Source: Puccinia triticina | Lineage: Eukaryota | Reading direction: 5' to 3' | Assembly: GCA_026914245.1 (NCBI GenBank) | Contig: CP110439.1 | Span: 3,348,001 to 3,412,000 of the forward strand | DNA length: 64,000 bases | In this document: in pieces, positions 24,785-36,925 of the stretch | Layout: the number at the start of each line of letters is the position of its first letter | Position numbering within the stretch: position 1 is the first letter of the stretch | Translations under genes and position numbers: made by a program | The notes under the pieces: generated by a model | Databases searched by the model: none | Seen by the model: only the letters and a program-made list of their open reading frames with translations | What the model was told of the DNA's origin: nothing

Positions 24785-26500
24785 GACAAACTGTATCAGA
24801 TGGCTGCAAGGAGGATTGAGGGAACTGGTTGGCGGCGCCGGAACTATTGAAGAATCTCAGACCCGGGGCGGGTACCCTGCTTTGCAGCACCGCAGTTGTA
24901 CTGTTGGATTACGTGTAATCCAACAGTACAACTGCGGCGCATTTGGTGCCCTGGAAATCTAAATGTGCTGGGCAGGTACCCGCCCTCTTTTTCTCTACAA
25001 AACCAGACACCCGCACCCGCACCCGGCACCCGCCAGCGGGCACTAGGCACGTAAACGGGTACCCATGGCCATCCCTAGTCTTATACTAGTAAGTTTAAGC
25101 CCCTTCTCTTGAGATTCTCCGCCATTTCTTTCTGGGATTTGAAACACCCCTGTTTACAGGCCCCAGTTCTTTATTCTTGAGGGATTAAACACCCCTGATT
25201 TATCAGGCCCCTCTTAAAATTAATTATATCAATTTTATTATGTCCAATTGGCTCAAATTGCCCTATTTTTACGCCATAATTCCCAACATTTACGTTGGAA
25301 TTATCCCTTATGACCTTGTCTTAGAGTTTTACAACTCTACACTTTTGCTTTGCACCACGTGTAGCTAGAAGGATAATATCCTTGGCATCACATAGGCTGA
25401 CAAATTTCTCCATGTGCAAGGAGTTTCACGCAACATAAATGTGACTAGCTGGGGCTTCAATAGCTTTCTGACCAGTTTTTACTTTTCATGGAGCTGTGAA
25501 AGTCCCCTCTGGTGATCTGTCACCCCAATGTACGCGCGTACACGAAGGTGACATTTCAAAAATGCAAAACAGCTCACATGCATGTGCATGGAGACATTGG
25601 AAAACAAAAAACCATAAAAACAACTCACAAGCTTATGTGTGTTAAGAAGCCAAGTTGTTTGGCTGAAATCTGGTACCACAAACCTCCAAGCTTGACTTGA
25701 AACATACTTTCACCCTATTTTCATCCTTTTTTGACTCAATTATAGATGATACCTGACTTTTTTTAGGGAAATATGACAATTAAGGCGGGCCTTTCACATC
25801 ATTCTTACCAGTGTGTATGTGTTGTTGATCTGAAAGAGGCCCAGCCTTCCATTTGTAACAACCTTTTACGAGTGCATATGAGGGAAAAATTAGCAAAGTG
25901 AAAACAATGAACACCTTCATGAGTATGTGAATAATATGAATTGAACCCCAAGAAATCATCCCAATCAACAAACGGGTCAAATTGAGTTATGATTTCATTG
26001 CGGTCATTGTGCCTTAGTGGTTTCAACTGTGTTCTGATTGAGTTCCAGTTGAGTTCTGCATGACTTCTGGATGATTTATGGATGAATCCAGGATCAGTTT
26101 CAGAACAGTTGTGGATGAGTTCAAGCATTATTCGTTATTTCTTACACTCCTTTCACCGAAGCATCCAGCACAGTTCCGTAAAAAGGGTATGGTATGGCAC
26201 TCTCTGGAGAGTGTGTCAAAATCACCCCTGGTGTGTTGTTCTCTCACCTAGTACTTGCCTTGGAGCACTGTGGCGCAGCGCCCCACAGCAAGTGTGGGAG
26301 GAGAGGTCAAGAAGGGGGGTCCCCTTTCTTGTCTCAACTAGGGAAGAGAAATGAGCTAGTTTCATTTCGCGTACAGCAACCAGGAAGGTGTAGGGGTTCA
26401 GGAGCAAACCCCTGCGCCTTTGAAAGAAGGGTGGGTGGGAGGTGTCTAAAAATTGAGACAACCCAGAAGTGGGCAAGTCTCTGATGGGCGTGGAGAGGGG

Positions 26501-26720
26501 CAAACTTAACCCAAGTCCCTCCCTGCTGCGGGCGTCTGGTCTTGCGAAGCAAGCGTCCGATAGCCCTTGGCAGGAGGGACTTGCGCGCTATCACCCCCTT
26601 TTCCAGAGCCTAGAATTTGAGTTTGGCTGGGTGGTTTTTCCAAACCATCACAGTTCCTTGCCCTCAAAACCTTATACCTTAAAAATTTGCTTGGCAAAAA
26701 GCCTTGCTTCTTGCGCGTCA
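26501..26720 (+). mobile_element. Truncated end of a CAAACTTAAC-family element
   Basis: CAAACTTAACCCAAGTCCC... aligns by eye with 27941-28110; the partner end was not found. Confidence 0.5.
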
Positions 26721-26889
26721 TCCCACACAATCTGAGGTATGTTACATCATTTCTTCAAGTTTAAATAAATTATCAAAGTCAACCAAACCTTGAATTTTAC
26801 TGAAGTCGAGTAACAGAGAAGATCTGTGCTCACATACTTATAAATATACTTTTTTTTTTTGACTTACAGTCAAGCCTCTGAGCCCTCAA

Positions 26890-27310
26890 TTGTTGGCACA
26901 GACCCGCCATCAAGACCGCATAGCCCTCTGAATGACTGGTAAAGACCTGTCATCAAGAGGAATATATACAACACCCTGGATGACTGGTACAGACCGGTCA
27001 TCAAAGGGATATGTAGAACCTCTCAATTACCGGTCTGTGCCGGTCATCAAGGGGACTCAACACTCTCAATGGCCAGCACAGACCGGCCATCAAGAGTATA
27101 CAAACCTCTCAATGACCCGTCTGTGCCGGTCATTGAGGGGACTTGACACTCCCAATGACCGGTATCAACCGATCATTGGGAGGACTCAACCCTCTCAATG
27201 ACCGGTACTGTGCTGTTCATCGAGAGGGCTTTATCCTCTCAATGACCAGAACATACTGGTCATTGAGAGGGTCGAGTTCCCTCAATGACCGGTTGATCCC
27301 GGTCATCCTC
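26890..27310. repeat. Degenerate GATGACCGG/CCGGTCATC palindromic minisatellite
   Basis: Repeated ATGAC(C/T)GG-N-CCGGTCAT units; partly an inverted homologue of 52380-52530. Confidence 0.8.
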
Positions 27311-27940
27311 AAGCTAGCTGCGTGTCAAACACACTATGTATTAAACAGAGAGTCTGTGCTCTCATTTTATGATTAATTTCTGCAAATCTGGGTTATAGAC
27401 TTGGTAATAGTTTTCAGGTTTAGTTGTTTTGTTTAATTTTTCAGGACTGACTTGTGTCAGTACATAAAGAAAAAAAAAAATACAAGGCTCAGCGCGTGCA
27501 TGTTGAACTGATCTGGAGCAAAAAAGAAAATCATGGAATGAGGGAGATACAAGGGGAAAAGCAAAAAGAGGGGTGAAAAATGCATTCTCCGTGCGCCAGA
27601 AAGGGGAGGTATGGTATAAGACCCTCCTGCCAAGGGCTGTTGGAGGCTTGCTTTGCGAGTCACACGCCCGCAGCAGCGAGGGACTGTGTCAAGTTTGGGA
27701 GAGGGGAAGTTCGGAGCGATGAGCTTGCAGGGAACTTTTATTGCTGGGGGATTCATATATGAATCACCCGGGTGCATTTGTGCGCGTGTCTTCGCACAAC
27801 ACTGTGCTGCATGGCTGAAGCAGCCCAGCCCCAGCTCTGATCCATCAGGGCTTCCCACTTAGCCACCTCCATGGACAGAGGGGACTTGTGGTGCCCTGCT
27901 CGCTCCCCCGCAAATTAATTCTTGAAGTCATCCTTCAACC

Positions 27941-28532
27941 CAAACTTAACCCAAGTCCCTCGCGGCTGCGGGCGTGTGCCTTGCAAAGCAAGCCTCCGAC
28001 AGCCCTTGGAAGGAGGGACTCGCGCCTTATTGCCCCTTTTTGTGGGGGCAAGGTTCTAGATTTTGGTGGGAGGAATTTTCAAAAGTGTATAATTCCTTGC
28101 TTCCAAAACCTTCTTGAGATTAAATTTTCTGAGGTTGAAGACTGGCTTGTTCCCATCCAACCTGGAGAATTTGAGGCATCTCAATCCATTCCCTCCACTC
28201 CAAATAAAAACATCAAAAGCACTGAATCTGTGGATTTTACATGGAAAAGGTCTGTGCTCAGCACCTCAGTTCCACAGTTCTGTCCAGAATAAAACGTAGA
28301 GGGGATCAATGGAGATAGAATAATTTCTACTCTTTTCTCCAGCATCTTCTGCTGACCTTGAGCTGATCACATGGGAGTGGGTGTGATAGGTGAGCTATAG
28401 AAAAAATCAAGAAAGTACCCCAAAATTCCATTCTCGCTATGCAAGCTTGGTGCGCTAGGGTCTAAGTCCCTCCTGAAGGAGGCTCGCTTTGCGAGTTCAG
28501 TCCCAAAGTCTTGAGGGACTTTGTTAAGTTTG
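27941..28532. mobile_element. Non-autonomous TIR element with 9-bp TSD (AcademH-like)
   Basis: CAAACTTAACCCAAGTCCC...GGGACTTTGTTAAGTTTG; TSD CCTTCAACC / CCTTTGACC, both derivable from CCTTCGACC by CpG decay. Confidence 0.7.
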
Positions 28533-28655
28533 CCTTTGACCCCAAACGCGCAGCTCAGGATCTCTCAAGCCGCAGCATGCAGCGGGCCCAGCATCCCAAC
28601 TCGTTGTCGCCGGTCGGACTCCTTGCAGATCGGGCACGCAACAGGACCCGACGCC

Positions 28656-29293
28656 TAACTTAACACAAGTCCCCCACATTCGAGGGCCCTGGTACAGCCT
28701 GGGCTGGCGCGAAGCGCAAACTCCGAAGGAGGGACTTGGGACTAATGTCCACATTTTGGCCTGGGGGTTTGAGGCCTTTTGGTGGGGGATTTGTGCCATT
28801 CCAATTTTGACCTTGTTCCCAAACAGCCCCACACATGCCCTTTGGACCATGAGAATCCTCTGGTTCTTCCCCATCTTTTGACACTACACTCATCCCTGAG
28901 AAACCAACCCTTCTCTTTCCATGCTCCTTCAAACTTTTGGTTTTGAAGGTCATTCTGAGCTGTATCATGTGAATGTATTGAAAAACAGTACAGAATTCAA
29001 TTCAATCCCCAGGAACCAAGCTCTGTTTTAGATGTCTTGCCCAATCCAGCTTGTGTGACAGATTTTCACTTTGAGGACAGGAACTGGAAGCCAAGAAGCT
29101 TGGCTGTTCCACCCCTTCATAGCTTCACCCGGGTTGGAACGGTTTTTGTTGTGTGAGGGGAAAAGAAGGAAAAATGGCCAGAAAGCCACAAACAACCCAA
29201 ACCCTCAAGCCAAAATTACAACATTAGTCATAACGGAGAGTCCCTTCGGGACGCGGGTGTTCCCCCCTCCGTTCAAGAGGCTTAGTTAGGCTA
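28656..29293 (+). mobile_element. Non-autonomous TIR element (AcademH-like), copy A
   Basis: TAACTTAACACAAG...CTTAGTTAGGCTA; flanking repeat GACCCGACGCC / GACCCGGCGCC; near-identical copy at 48742-49404. Confidence 0.75.
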
Positions 29294-30055
29294 GACCCGG
29301 CGCCGTCTGTGGGATGGCACATATGCTTGCCTCGGACATGTCAGATTGTGAAATGTTGACCGTTGAGGTGAAGACGACCCAATCAAGCTTATACTGCGCA
29401 CCGGTTCGGGGCACGTTGAGAATTGGGAGGACGGTCAAAGTATTTCCAGTGTATTTCAACCGTATCCGGACATGCTTATCTGCTAGCTGCAAGCGTCCGG
29501 GGAGACTGGTCGCAGTCTCGTTTCCCTCCATAATCACTCACACAGTCCTTTTTACACGATTACCTCTTCATTTTGTCTTCTCAATTCCCTCTGGGATCCT
29601 CATGGGCTCACTTTGACCCAGGGATCTCAGAAAAATCAAGTTTTTTTTTCTTTGAACTTGATTTCACACAATTTTTCTCATTCAAAATTGTGATTCATCA
29701 CACGCACCGTTTATGTCTTGTCTGAACGCGGTTTTTTCAATAATATTACTGCGGGTAAATAATTCCCTACTGACAAATCATTACTCAGATCACGGTAAGC
29801 CACTAGGTTCGCGTAATTCCGTGTTAAATCTTTTCAGCATGGGATTGCATTTTGCGAGTGCGAAGAACGCTCAAATCCAATGCCTTATTCAAGCACGCAT
29901 GATAGCAGTTTTTAGCTCTTTATTTGACTTGTGAAGGCATTGGAGGCTGAGAATTTTCATTCAAGCTATTCCCAAAATGTATGTATTATAGAGACGCATG
30001 ACCAGTAAGTGAGACTTGAATAGAAGGCGCGGTTCAGGTGGTCATATTTTTTCAT

Positions 30056-30979
30056 CTATTTCCCGATTTCCCCAATTCTAGCAAGACCGTTACCAGTTCT
30101 GGAATTATTGATATCCGCACCAGTACGAACCCTGGCATGATGCGCACCAGGAATTTTGGTCCTACCCTTGCTACTCTTATAGCCGCCATTATTAGGTGGG
30201 TTCCCGAGATGAAACTTTCCTGAATCGTCCTCGTATCCAGGTTCTCCGGTATTCGGATCCCTTATCGGCCCGGTGCCTGTTCCCGATCTTCCTCCAGAGT
30301 TTCTAATGAATCATCACGGAGAAAAACACGAAAGTGTTAGAGGATTCGAGGGCTACGAGAAGCATGACACAAAGTAACTTACTGCCAGAAAAAGACATCA
30401 TAGCCGCTGTTATTTTCGAGCTGACTCTCAGAAGGCGCAATCTATTTGTCCCATCAGCCAATATTTATGGAATATAGAAACAGTAAAATTCCCGTATCAG
30501 ATCACTCCGCATCATTGAATGCTTTGCATGAAGAAAATTGAATAAGAATCACTAACAGTAGTAGCGTAGCAAGTCCCATACGTAGAGCCATTTTGATTAA
30601 CTTTGGAGGGATCAATTTTGAACCAAGCAAATTTTTGATCTGGAAATGGTAGGCATGGTCAGAATTGGGATTGCATGGAATGAATTGAAACGGTGAAAAT
30701 AATACTTATTGGTCCCATTTAACTCACTGGACATCCTAGTATTGTGGGAGCATTCCGCGGCTTGAATCCCAGGAGAAGCCGTGGCTGAAGTGAAAAGAAA
30801 ATCGTCAAATTCCGAGCAGTATTATTCGATGTCACATTTCAAAACTCACGCGAGGCTTTCGCTATCCAAGAATCTGTGGGTTTTTTACCCAGAGAATAAC
30901 CAGTAGCAGGATCACGGGAGGCTGAAACTGCTGCGCCTAGCAAGAAAACGCACAAAAGAATCACCGAAGCTCTTATCAT
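30056..30979 (-). CDS. Small secreted protein (191 aa), candidate effector; 5 exons
   Basis: Exons 30979-30850, 30784-30728, 30639-30557, 30441-30383 and 30302-30056, all GT-AG and phase-consistent (576 nt). Signal-peptide-like N-terminus MIRASVILLCVFLLGAAVSA; no stops. Absent from the ORF track. Confidence 0.85.
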
Positions 30980-31105
30980 GCTGTAATTTAAAGCGGATAT
31001 TTTATGTCTATCTTATTGTTGCTGATAAATGGTAAGTAGGTGGAAGCTTTTTCTGAACTGAGTTCTATGTGAGGAATAACGCTTCCTCCAACCTGAATGA
31101 GCCTT

Positions 31106-31113
31106 TATTTATA
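31106..31113 (-). promoter_or_regulatory. TATA box of the secreted-protein gene
   Basis: TATAAATA on the minus strand about 127 bp upstream of the ATG at 30979. Confidence 0.55.
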
Positions 31114-31310
31114 CCTGAGAATTTGTAAAATCACCTGTACGAAGTCGAGTCTCTAAGGGTCACCATGACTGACCAGAACCAACAGGCCCATGAGTCCCTT
31201 CAACACGAATCTCCTCACGCACAAGCTATCTTCCCTGTAGCTCAAAGTTTCTTCGGAAGCTGAGACGTGTAGTCAAGGTGTTGAGATTTAATTTTATCCA
31301 CACGACCGAA

Positions 31311-31408
31311 TCTCACTGATTTGGCCCCCCAGTAGCGAATACTCTGATTTGGCTCCAAGCAGCGAATGCTCTGATTTGGCTGTAAGCAGCAAATACTCTG
31401 ATTTTGGG
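31311..31408. repeat. 27-28 bp tandem repeat (4 copies) upstream of the secreted-protein gene
   Basis: CTGATTT core at 31316, 31344, 31371 and 31398. Confidence 0.85.
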
Positions 31409-32425
31409 TTCAAGGAGTAAGATAAATCTGAGCCGTCATTCACTCACGATAGATCGCCCTCCCATGAAAGGTTCGCCATGCACACTTTTATGTAAAGATT
31501 CCCGAGAGTCTTTGTTTTGGACATTTAGGTTGGCGATTAAAATTGTACGCGAGTCTCTGTCGCCTTTCCATGGTTTCGGGACGGCTTAGATATTCCAAAA
31601 GAGTACTTGTGTATATCTGGAATCTCAGCAATGTGCGCTCGCACGCTATCGCAAATGGTGGCCAGCAAAGTTTCAGACCATTGCTACCGGCGCGGTAGCA
31701 GCGATTTATCTTGGCCTGAGGGTTTGATTCGGGATGGTCATTGCTTTTTATGTACGCGTCTCGGTTCCTGAAAGCGTGGCCCACTGATGGACTCGGGGTG
31801 ACGTACCCGCGCTGACACACGGCTTCCGATAGCTCAGATTAGCATAAAGTTTGCACATGGTGGGATAACTTACGTTACATAGCTAACTTTCATTGTAAGG
31901 TACTCCTAAGGTTAATTAACCCTTCAATCCCAGGCTGCAAAAAAAAAAAAATCTCATCAACCTAGTGTCACTGCAAGGAGTCTGTGACCTTGCCAGGAAA
32001 TTTTTACTTTAGAAAGATCAAAGAGAGTTTTCATCAACCAGTCTACGTTTATGATGTGATGCCATTTTTTCGGCTACTGATTAATGTACATACGGACCCA
32101 AAGATTGAAGCTTGAAACGAAGATAGATGAAGGACTATCATCTCGTGTTTTGAGGAGTGCTATGTTTTTGGGGGAAATATAACAAGTGAAAAAATTGCGA
32201 CCTGGAATTTGACAAATTTGTTTTTTTAGTCAATCAATAGAATTAGTAACCTGGATAGTCCAACACTGCAACTGCTGCGCTGCCCTAAAAAAAGCGGCAA
32301 AGTAGTGTAGCAGCCATCCGCTTTTCCTGGCACCAATCAGCAATAGCGGCAGCGCCAATGCCTTGGACTGGCCTCCCAATCCATGAGACATGGATGAAAA
32401 GTGGCCAGATTCACCCCCTCGGGCC

Positions 32426-32745
32426 TGTTGCGAATGCAAGGGGACGGAGGGGGGCAAAAATTGACACCTGGGTGTAAACCCCCCGCGCCGCCGACGCTAT
32501 GGAGTTCACAAACATGTCACCAGACCAACAACAGCCTCTTATAGTCTTGCCGTCACCGCCCCTCCTAGCTCAGCAGAGACCCAACCCCCAACTGACTGTC
32601 TCTCTGAGCTAGGTAAGTTTCTCTTGTTTCCATTCTCCTCTTCCTTTCCTTTGAGATCAATTGTACATAGCAGAGACCCAACCCCCAACTGACTGTCTCT
32701 CTGAGCTAGTCTCTATTTGCAATCAAGCCCAACGTTGGTATCAGA
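32426..32745 (+). mobile_element. Copia-type LTR with tRNA-iMet primer binding site
   Basis: TGTTG...CAACG (309 bp) followed by TGGTATCAGA at 32736-32745; internal duplication around a GT-AG segment. Confidence 0.6.
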
Positions 32746-33842
32746 AACTTAGGAGAACGGTGTCTCCCCTGTGCCAACGCCATAGCTCAGTGAAGAGCTT
32801 TGGCTCTTACACTGGGCTTGCGCTCAAGGTTTTTTAATTCAGATTTTTTGGAGTTTTTCAACCTGCGCAAGCGCAGCAGGGGAGCTTTCTTGCTTTGGTT
32901 CAACTGCAAATGCAATTGAAAGAGGGGGTTGATGCAAGGGGGTCCAGCCTGCGCAAGCGCAAAATTTGACTCAAAGGTTATTTTTCTTGGCCCTCAAACC
33001 TAATTCAAGTGCAATGGAAGAGGGGGCAAGGAAAAGCTTGGGTCTGTTGGAGTGGTAGCTCACTAAGCTGATGAATCAGTTGCCCAGAGAAAGCTTGGAA
33101 TTGATCTGCGCACTCATCCAGACCCAGGCGTGGTTGTGGTCTTGGATTTCCAGAAAGTCTTTGGCCTTTGCTTTGTTTTCCAAGATGCTAAAACCCGTAA
33201 CAAGCTCTTCCATACTGAGACCATTCGCAAAGTGGTCCTGGAACTTCTCAATTTCAGTTTGTATTGGTGAGACTTCCTCTTGGTTAAAGGCATCAACAAG
33301 TCGATCAATCAAGTTTTCAAAGCAATCACCCAATGGGATCTGATGACAACAAGCAGCTCGGACCCCTAGACGTTGAGCAGGTGTTTGTTGAGCATTTGAG
33401 TTTTCAGCAGCAGCTTCATCAACACCGGGAGCAGTGGGACCTCCCTCCGCATCTTCAGTCGGGACAGTTGCACCAGATCAACGCAAAACACCAGTAGCTG
33501 TGTTCCCCTTGAAAATCACTTGATAGTCCCTGCATTCGGGAAACAGGGTATTCTTAAATTGTCTGTAATTTGGGTGCAACTAAGATTTACACACAAGGAA
33601 TCATGTGATCTCGCTCATCTTCCTACTACCAAGCACCAAGCATCCAGGTCAATTTACAACTAAAAAAGAATTCCAGACCTCCTCTGAGGCAGTGACCATA
33701 CATTTGGCCTTGTTCCACCCAAATCCACTTGCTCCTTTGCAAGCTGCAAAAGCATCCCAGATCTTTTTGAATGTCTGGTTGAACTTTGACTTCACCTTTT
33801 GGACAGTAAACTCGACACCGGGGAACTCAATAGCCAGCTCGG

Positions 33843-35437
33843 TGTAAGACTCAAAAGTGATTTTGAAACCCTTTTGCTGAATGGAGAAGGGGATGATGGA
33901 GGTGCAAAACTCTGCCCTTCTATACTATCAGATAACAAGACCCACCAAGCTAAGCTTGGCAAGTTTTAATCAAGTGATAGGTCTGGTCTAGTTCCAGATG
34001 AAGTTGTTTGATGACAGGTATGTGAGAGTTGAGAGGGTTTATGATGATGGAAAGGGTGAAAGTTGACTCGATGTTCCCGGTGGGGGTTGAACACAGGTCT
34101 TTGAGAGGGTGGTATAGAAAGTTGAGAAGAGTTGTCTGGACTGAGAAGGGTATATGTCTTAGTCGGGAGTTGAACCAGGAACCGGGTAACTCGTGACAGT
34201 TGCGTGATATGCAACCAGTGATATGAGCAACAATGGGAAGTTACATTATCCGTAACAAAAAGTAACGGATAACGTAACTAAATTGGTGCCGTTATCCTTG
34301 CCCTAACAGCAGCATTGTTTTAGTTACGTTATTTTTTGATTTTTTTTCTGTTTTATTAGACCCGTTACGTTATCCCCCGCGATCTGAGGAGGATAACGTG
34401 CGGATAACGCGGGTTTTTTGCCTATTTTACGGTGCTTTTACGCCAGATAACGCGGTTAGCGCGTTATCAGCGTTATTTTTTGCGGCATCAAGGCGGAAAT
34501 TCGCCTCTGTTACGTTATCCAAAATAGCGCAGGAATATTTCACCAGATAACAATAACGCGTTATCTGGTAACGGTGGGAAGTTACGTTACGGAAATCCCG
34601 CTGGATAATGTAACGTAAGTAACTTCCCATTGTTGATATGAGAGTGTGAGAATATGAGAGTGAGCTCAGTGGTTATTGCAGATAAGAGGGGTGATATGGT
34701 ATGTTATAAAAGTGTAAGGGTGATGATAATGGCTAATGGGGTATAACTGGTGGGTACTGAACTGAGGGAAAAACAACTGGGGGGGAGAGAGCTCCTTATA
34801 TAGACAAATGTGAGGGATTTTAGCTACAAGGGGGACCCTGGATGAGGGATTTTAGCTGGTGTGCTGCGTACAATTGGTGTCAGAAGATACTAAATACAGG
34901 CAGAAAGTGGGGTGAGAAATGAAAGATGATGTCATACTAATGCAAGGAGTGCATAAACAAAGCAGGGAAATGTCAAATACAGGGGTACTTCATGCAAGGG
35001 GTGCATGAGTGGTGTCAGACTAATGCAAGGAGTGCAGAAATGGGGTCAGAAGACTGCATGCAGCTGCAAAGGGTGCATAAATGAGGCGGGGACATGTCAA
35101 ATACAGAAGAAATGGGGTTAGTCCCCTGCATAAGCAGTGGAGATAAGAGGGATGGAAAAGAGTATGTGTTTGGCTGGGTCTGAGTATGTGTATACCTGGG
35201 AAAGGTGACTTGAGGGGTGTGACAGGTTAATGACTGAGGCTGGCCGTGTCCATGAGGGTCCAAGAGGGTGTAACTTCCAATCCTGCGGGGTTCCAGTGAC
35301 GCTTCCAGTGGTGACTAGGGGTAAAATTTGCTGTAGAATCCATTTATGAGGTCTATTTGGTGGTATCTTGAGGCCTAGGGTGAGTAAATATATGTATGAG
35401 GAAAAACTTTTGATTTTTCACTTTTCCGTCTACCACA
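33843..35437 (-). mobile_element. Solo LTR-like element, TGTGGT family
   Basis: Minus strand TGTGGTAGAC...GAGTCTTACA; 4-bp TSD TCGG (33839-33842 and 35438-35441); interrupts the Myb/SANT ORF. Confidence 0.75.
34228..34635. mobile_element. MITE with 7-bp TSD (P-superfamily-like)
   Basis: CAACAATGGGAAGTTAC...GTAACTTCCCATTGTTG; TSD ATATGAG; many GTTAC/GATAAC/CGTTA motifs. Confidence 0.9.
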
Positions 35438-35580
35438 TCGGTAGCAACTGTTTGGTGAACCTCTGGTTTGAATCCAGCTTTGCCTTGCTTTCCTGACTTG
35501 ACAGCTTTGACATACATCTTGAGAGCACTGCGTTCCATGTCAGAGGTCCATACAAGGTTTTTGGTCTTGTCCTTTTTGGG

Positions 35581-35780
35581 TAGAGATGGCACTTGGCACC
35601 CGCCACACTTCAGCACATAATCATATGCACTTGCAGGTACCCATTGCGCGTGTGCAGCTCCCTGTATGTATTTTTACTAAAATGGAACCCCTGGCACCCG
35701 CCATGGGCGCCTGCAAGCGCATAGAATTATGTGCTGAAGTGTGACAGGTACCCGCCAGCGGGTGCCAAGTGCCATCTCTA
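35581..35780. mobile_element. hAT-type MITE
   Basis: TAGAGATGGCACTTGGCACCCGC...GCGGGTGCCAAGTGCCATCTCTA; degenerate 8-bp TSD TTTTTGGG / TTTTCAGG. Confidence 0.85.
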
Positions 35781-36089
35781 TTTTCAGGACTATACTCTGG
35801 CTGGGTTTGGGTTCCAATTGGACTATGTTGAGAAACATTTGGGCCTGATTGTTGAGAACCCATTGGCTGAGATTGAGTTTGACTCCAGGGGATAGGAACT
35901 GGTTGTTTTGAACTGATTAGTTGCGAGTTCGGAGTACTAGTGGCCTGAGTTGGACAAGATTCCCGCTGAGCTGGAGTAGAAGGAGTCTTTGAAGATTTAA
36001 ACGGGTTTCAAGGCTTTGCGGTGCATTTTAGAGTTGGATGAGGATTTTGGGATGGTTTTTGTTGAGCCATAATGCAATTTATCAAGTAC

Positions 36090-36403
36090 TGTTGAGTTTA
36101 GTACTCAGGTTTTTGTTTTGTCCTTTATGCTTCTCCCATGTCTCTCACATCTCACATACATGTCACAGTTTGTATGTAGTCTACCTGAGGCAGCAGGCGT
36201 GGAAGGACTCTCTCTTCATCCTTCCACAACCCTCAAACACCGCCACGCTCCGTGCCTGTTGCCCTCAGGTTAGTTTTGTTCTCTTTCTTTTCTCTTGCTT
36301 GTTTTTCATTCCCTATCCTTCTGATATGAAATGCATCCTTCCACGACCCTCAAACACCGCCACGCTCTGTGCCTGTTGCCCTCAGTCCCTGTTCATCTCA
36401 TCA
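36090..36403 (+). mobile_element. Solo LTR (Copia-like, 314 bp)
   Basis: TGTTGAG...CTCATCA; TSD AGTAC / AGTAT; internal 52-bp duplication around a GTTAGT-starting segment. Confidence 0.65.
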
Positions 36404-36577
36404 AGTATGATATGAGAGGAGTCAGAATCCACAACCTGGACTTGGGGACAGTAAGTGGATTTATCACCCAGAAATACAGGTCCAGACCTCTATTTCCGAA
36501 ATGGCGGGGATGATAAATTTCAGTCGTGTGTGATCATGTATTTTATGATATTATTGGCTGCCACAAACACCAAATAT

Positions 36578-36883
36578 ATGGAAGTTATAACCTGGGCAAC
36601 CTCCGTTATAAGCTGCCTGATTTATCATATAACATCACGTGGCCAAACGGGGCCTAAAGGTTTATGCACACTGACATCTCCCAGCCAAAATTGGCTTTAT
36701 GATTTTATGTAAACCGTGACATGGAAGTTATAACCCGGGCAACCCCTGTTATAAGTTGCCCAATTTATCATGTAACATCGCGCGGCCAAACGGGGCCTAA
36801 AGTTTTATGCACGCTGACATCTCCCAGCCAAAATTGGCTTTATGATTTTATGTAAACCGTGACATATGCAATTTTGAACACCA
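36578..36883. mobile_element. TA-MITE family remnant with a 143-bp tandem duplication
   Basis: Units start at 36578 and 36721; ends in TTTTGAACACCA+TA; shares CTGACATCTCCCAGCCAAAATTGG with 61775-61931. Confidence 0.7.
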
Positions 36884-36925
36884 TAACCACAAGTATTACA
36901 TGGACATTTAAAAACCTCTCAGGGT

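Larger units (their letters stand above)
20616..25077 (-). mobile_element. hAT DNA transposon (hAT-2)
   Basis: TIR TAGGGATGGCCA...TGGCCATCCCTA; perfect 8-bp TSD GTCTTATA; subterminal GCACCC/ACCCG motifs. Confidence 0.95.
19287..25402 (+). mobile_element. Solo LTR (about 1.65 kb after removing the nested hAT)
   Basis: TGTCAGC...GCTGACA; 5-bp TSD AATTT; the empty site is visible in the second CMC copy near 53515; TATA-like CTATAAAA at 20362. Confidence 0.85.
19005..26233 (+). mobile_element. CMC/EnSpm-like non-autonomous element hosting nested inserts
   Basis: About 38-bp TIR CACCAGGGG.GA.TTTGAC.CACTCTCCAGAGAGTGCC at both ends; 3-bp TSD TGT; second partial copy at 53225-55284. Confidence 0.75.
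33076..35863 (-). pseudogene. Myb/SANT-like DNA-binding protein (PIF/Harbinger accessory ORF type), split by insertions
   Basis: LVWTSDME...GFKPEVHQTVAT|EL...VKSKFNQTFKKIW...GASGFGWN...VTASEEVW...HP reassembles after removing 33843-35437 and 35581-35780. Confidence 0.75.

Noticed and set aside
28524..28968. ORFs repeated at 48667-49069 suggesting a gene family
   Set aside because: They lie within two copies of a non-autonomous TIR element and run across its boundary.
30056..30979. Identification as rust transferred protein RTP1
   Set aside because: The spliced product lacks the Cys-rich C-terminal motifs I associate with RTP1; left unnamed.
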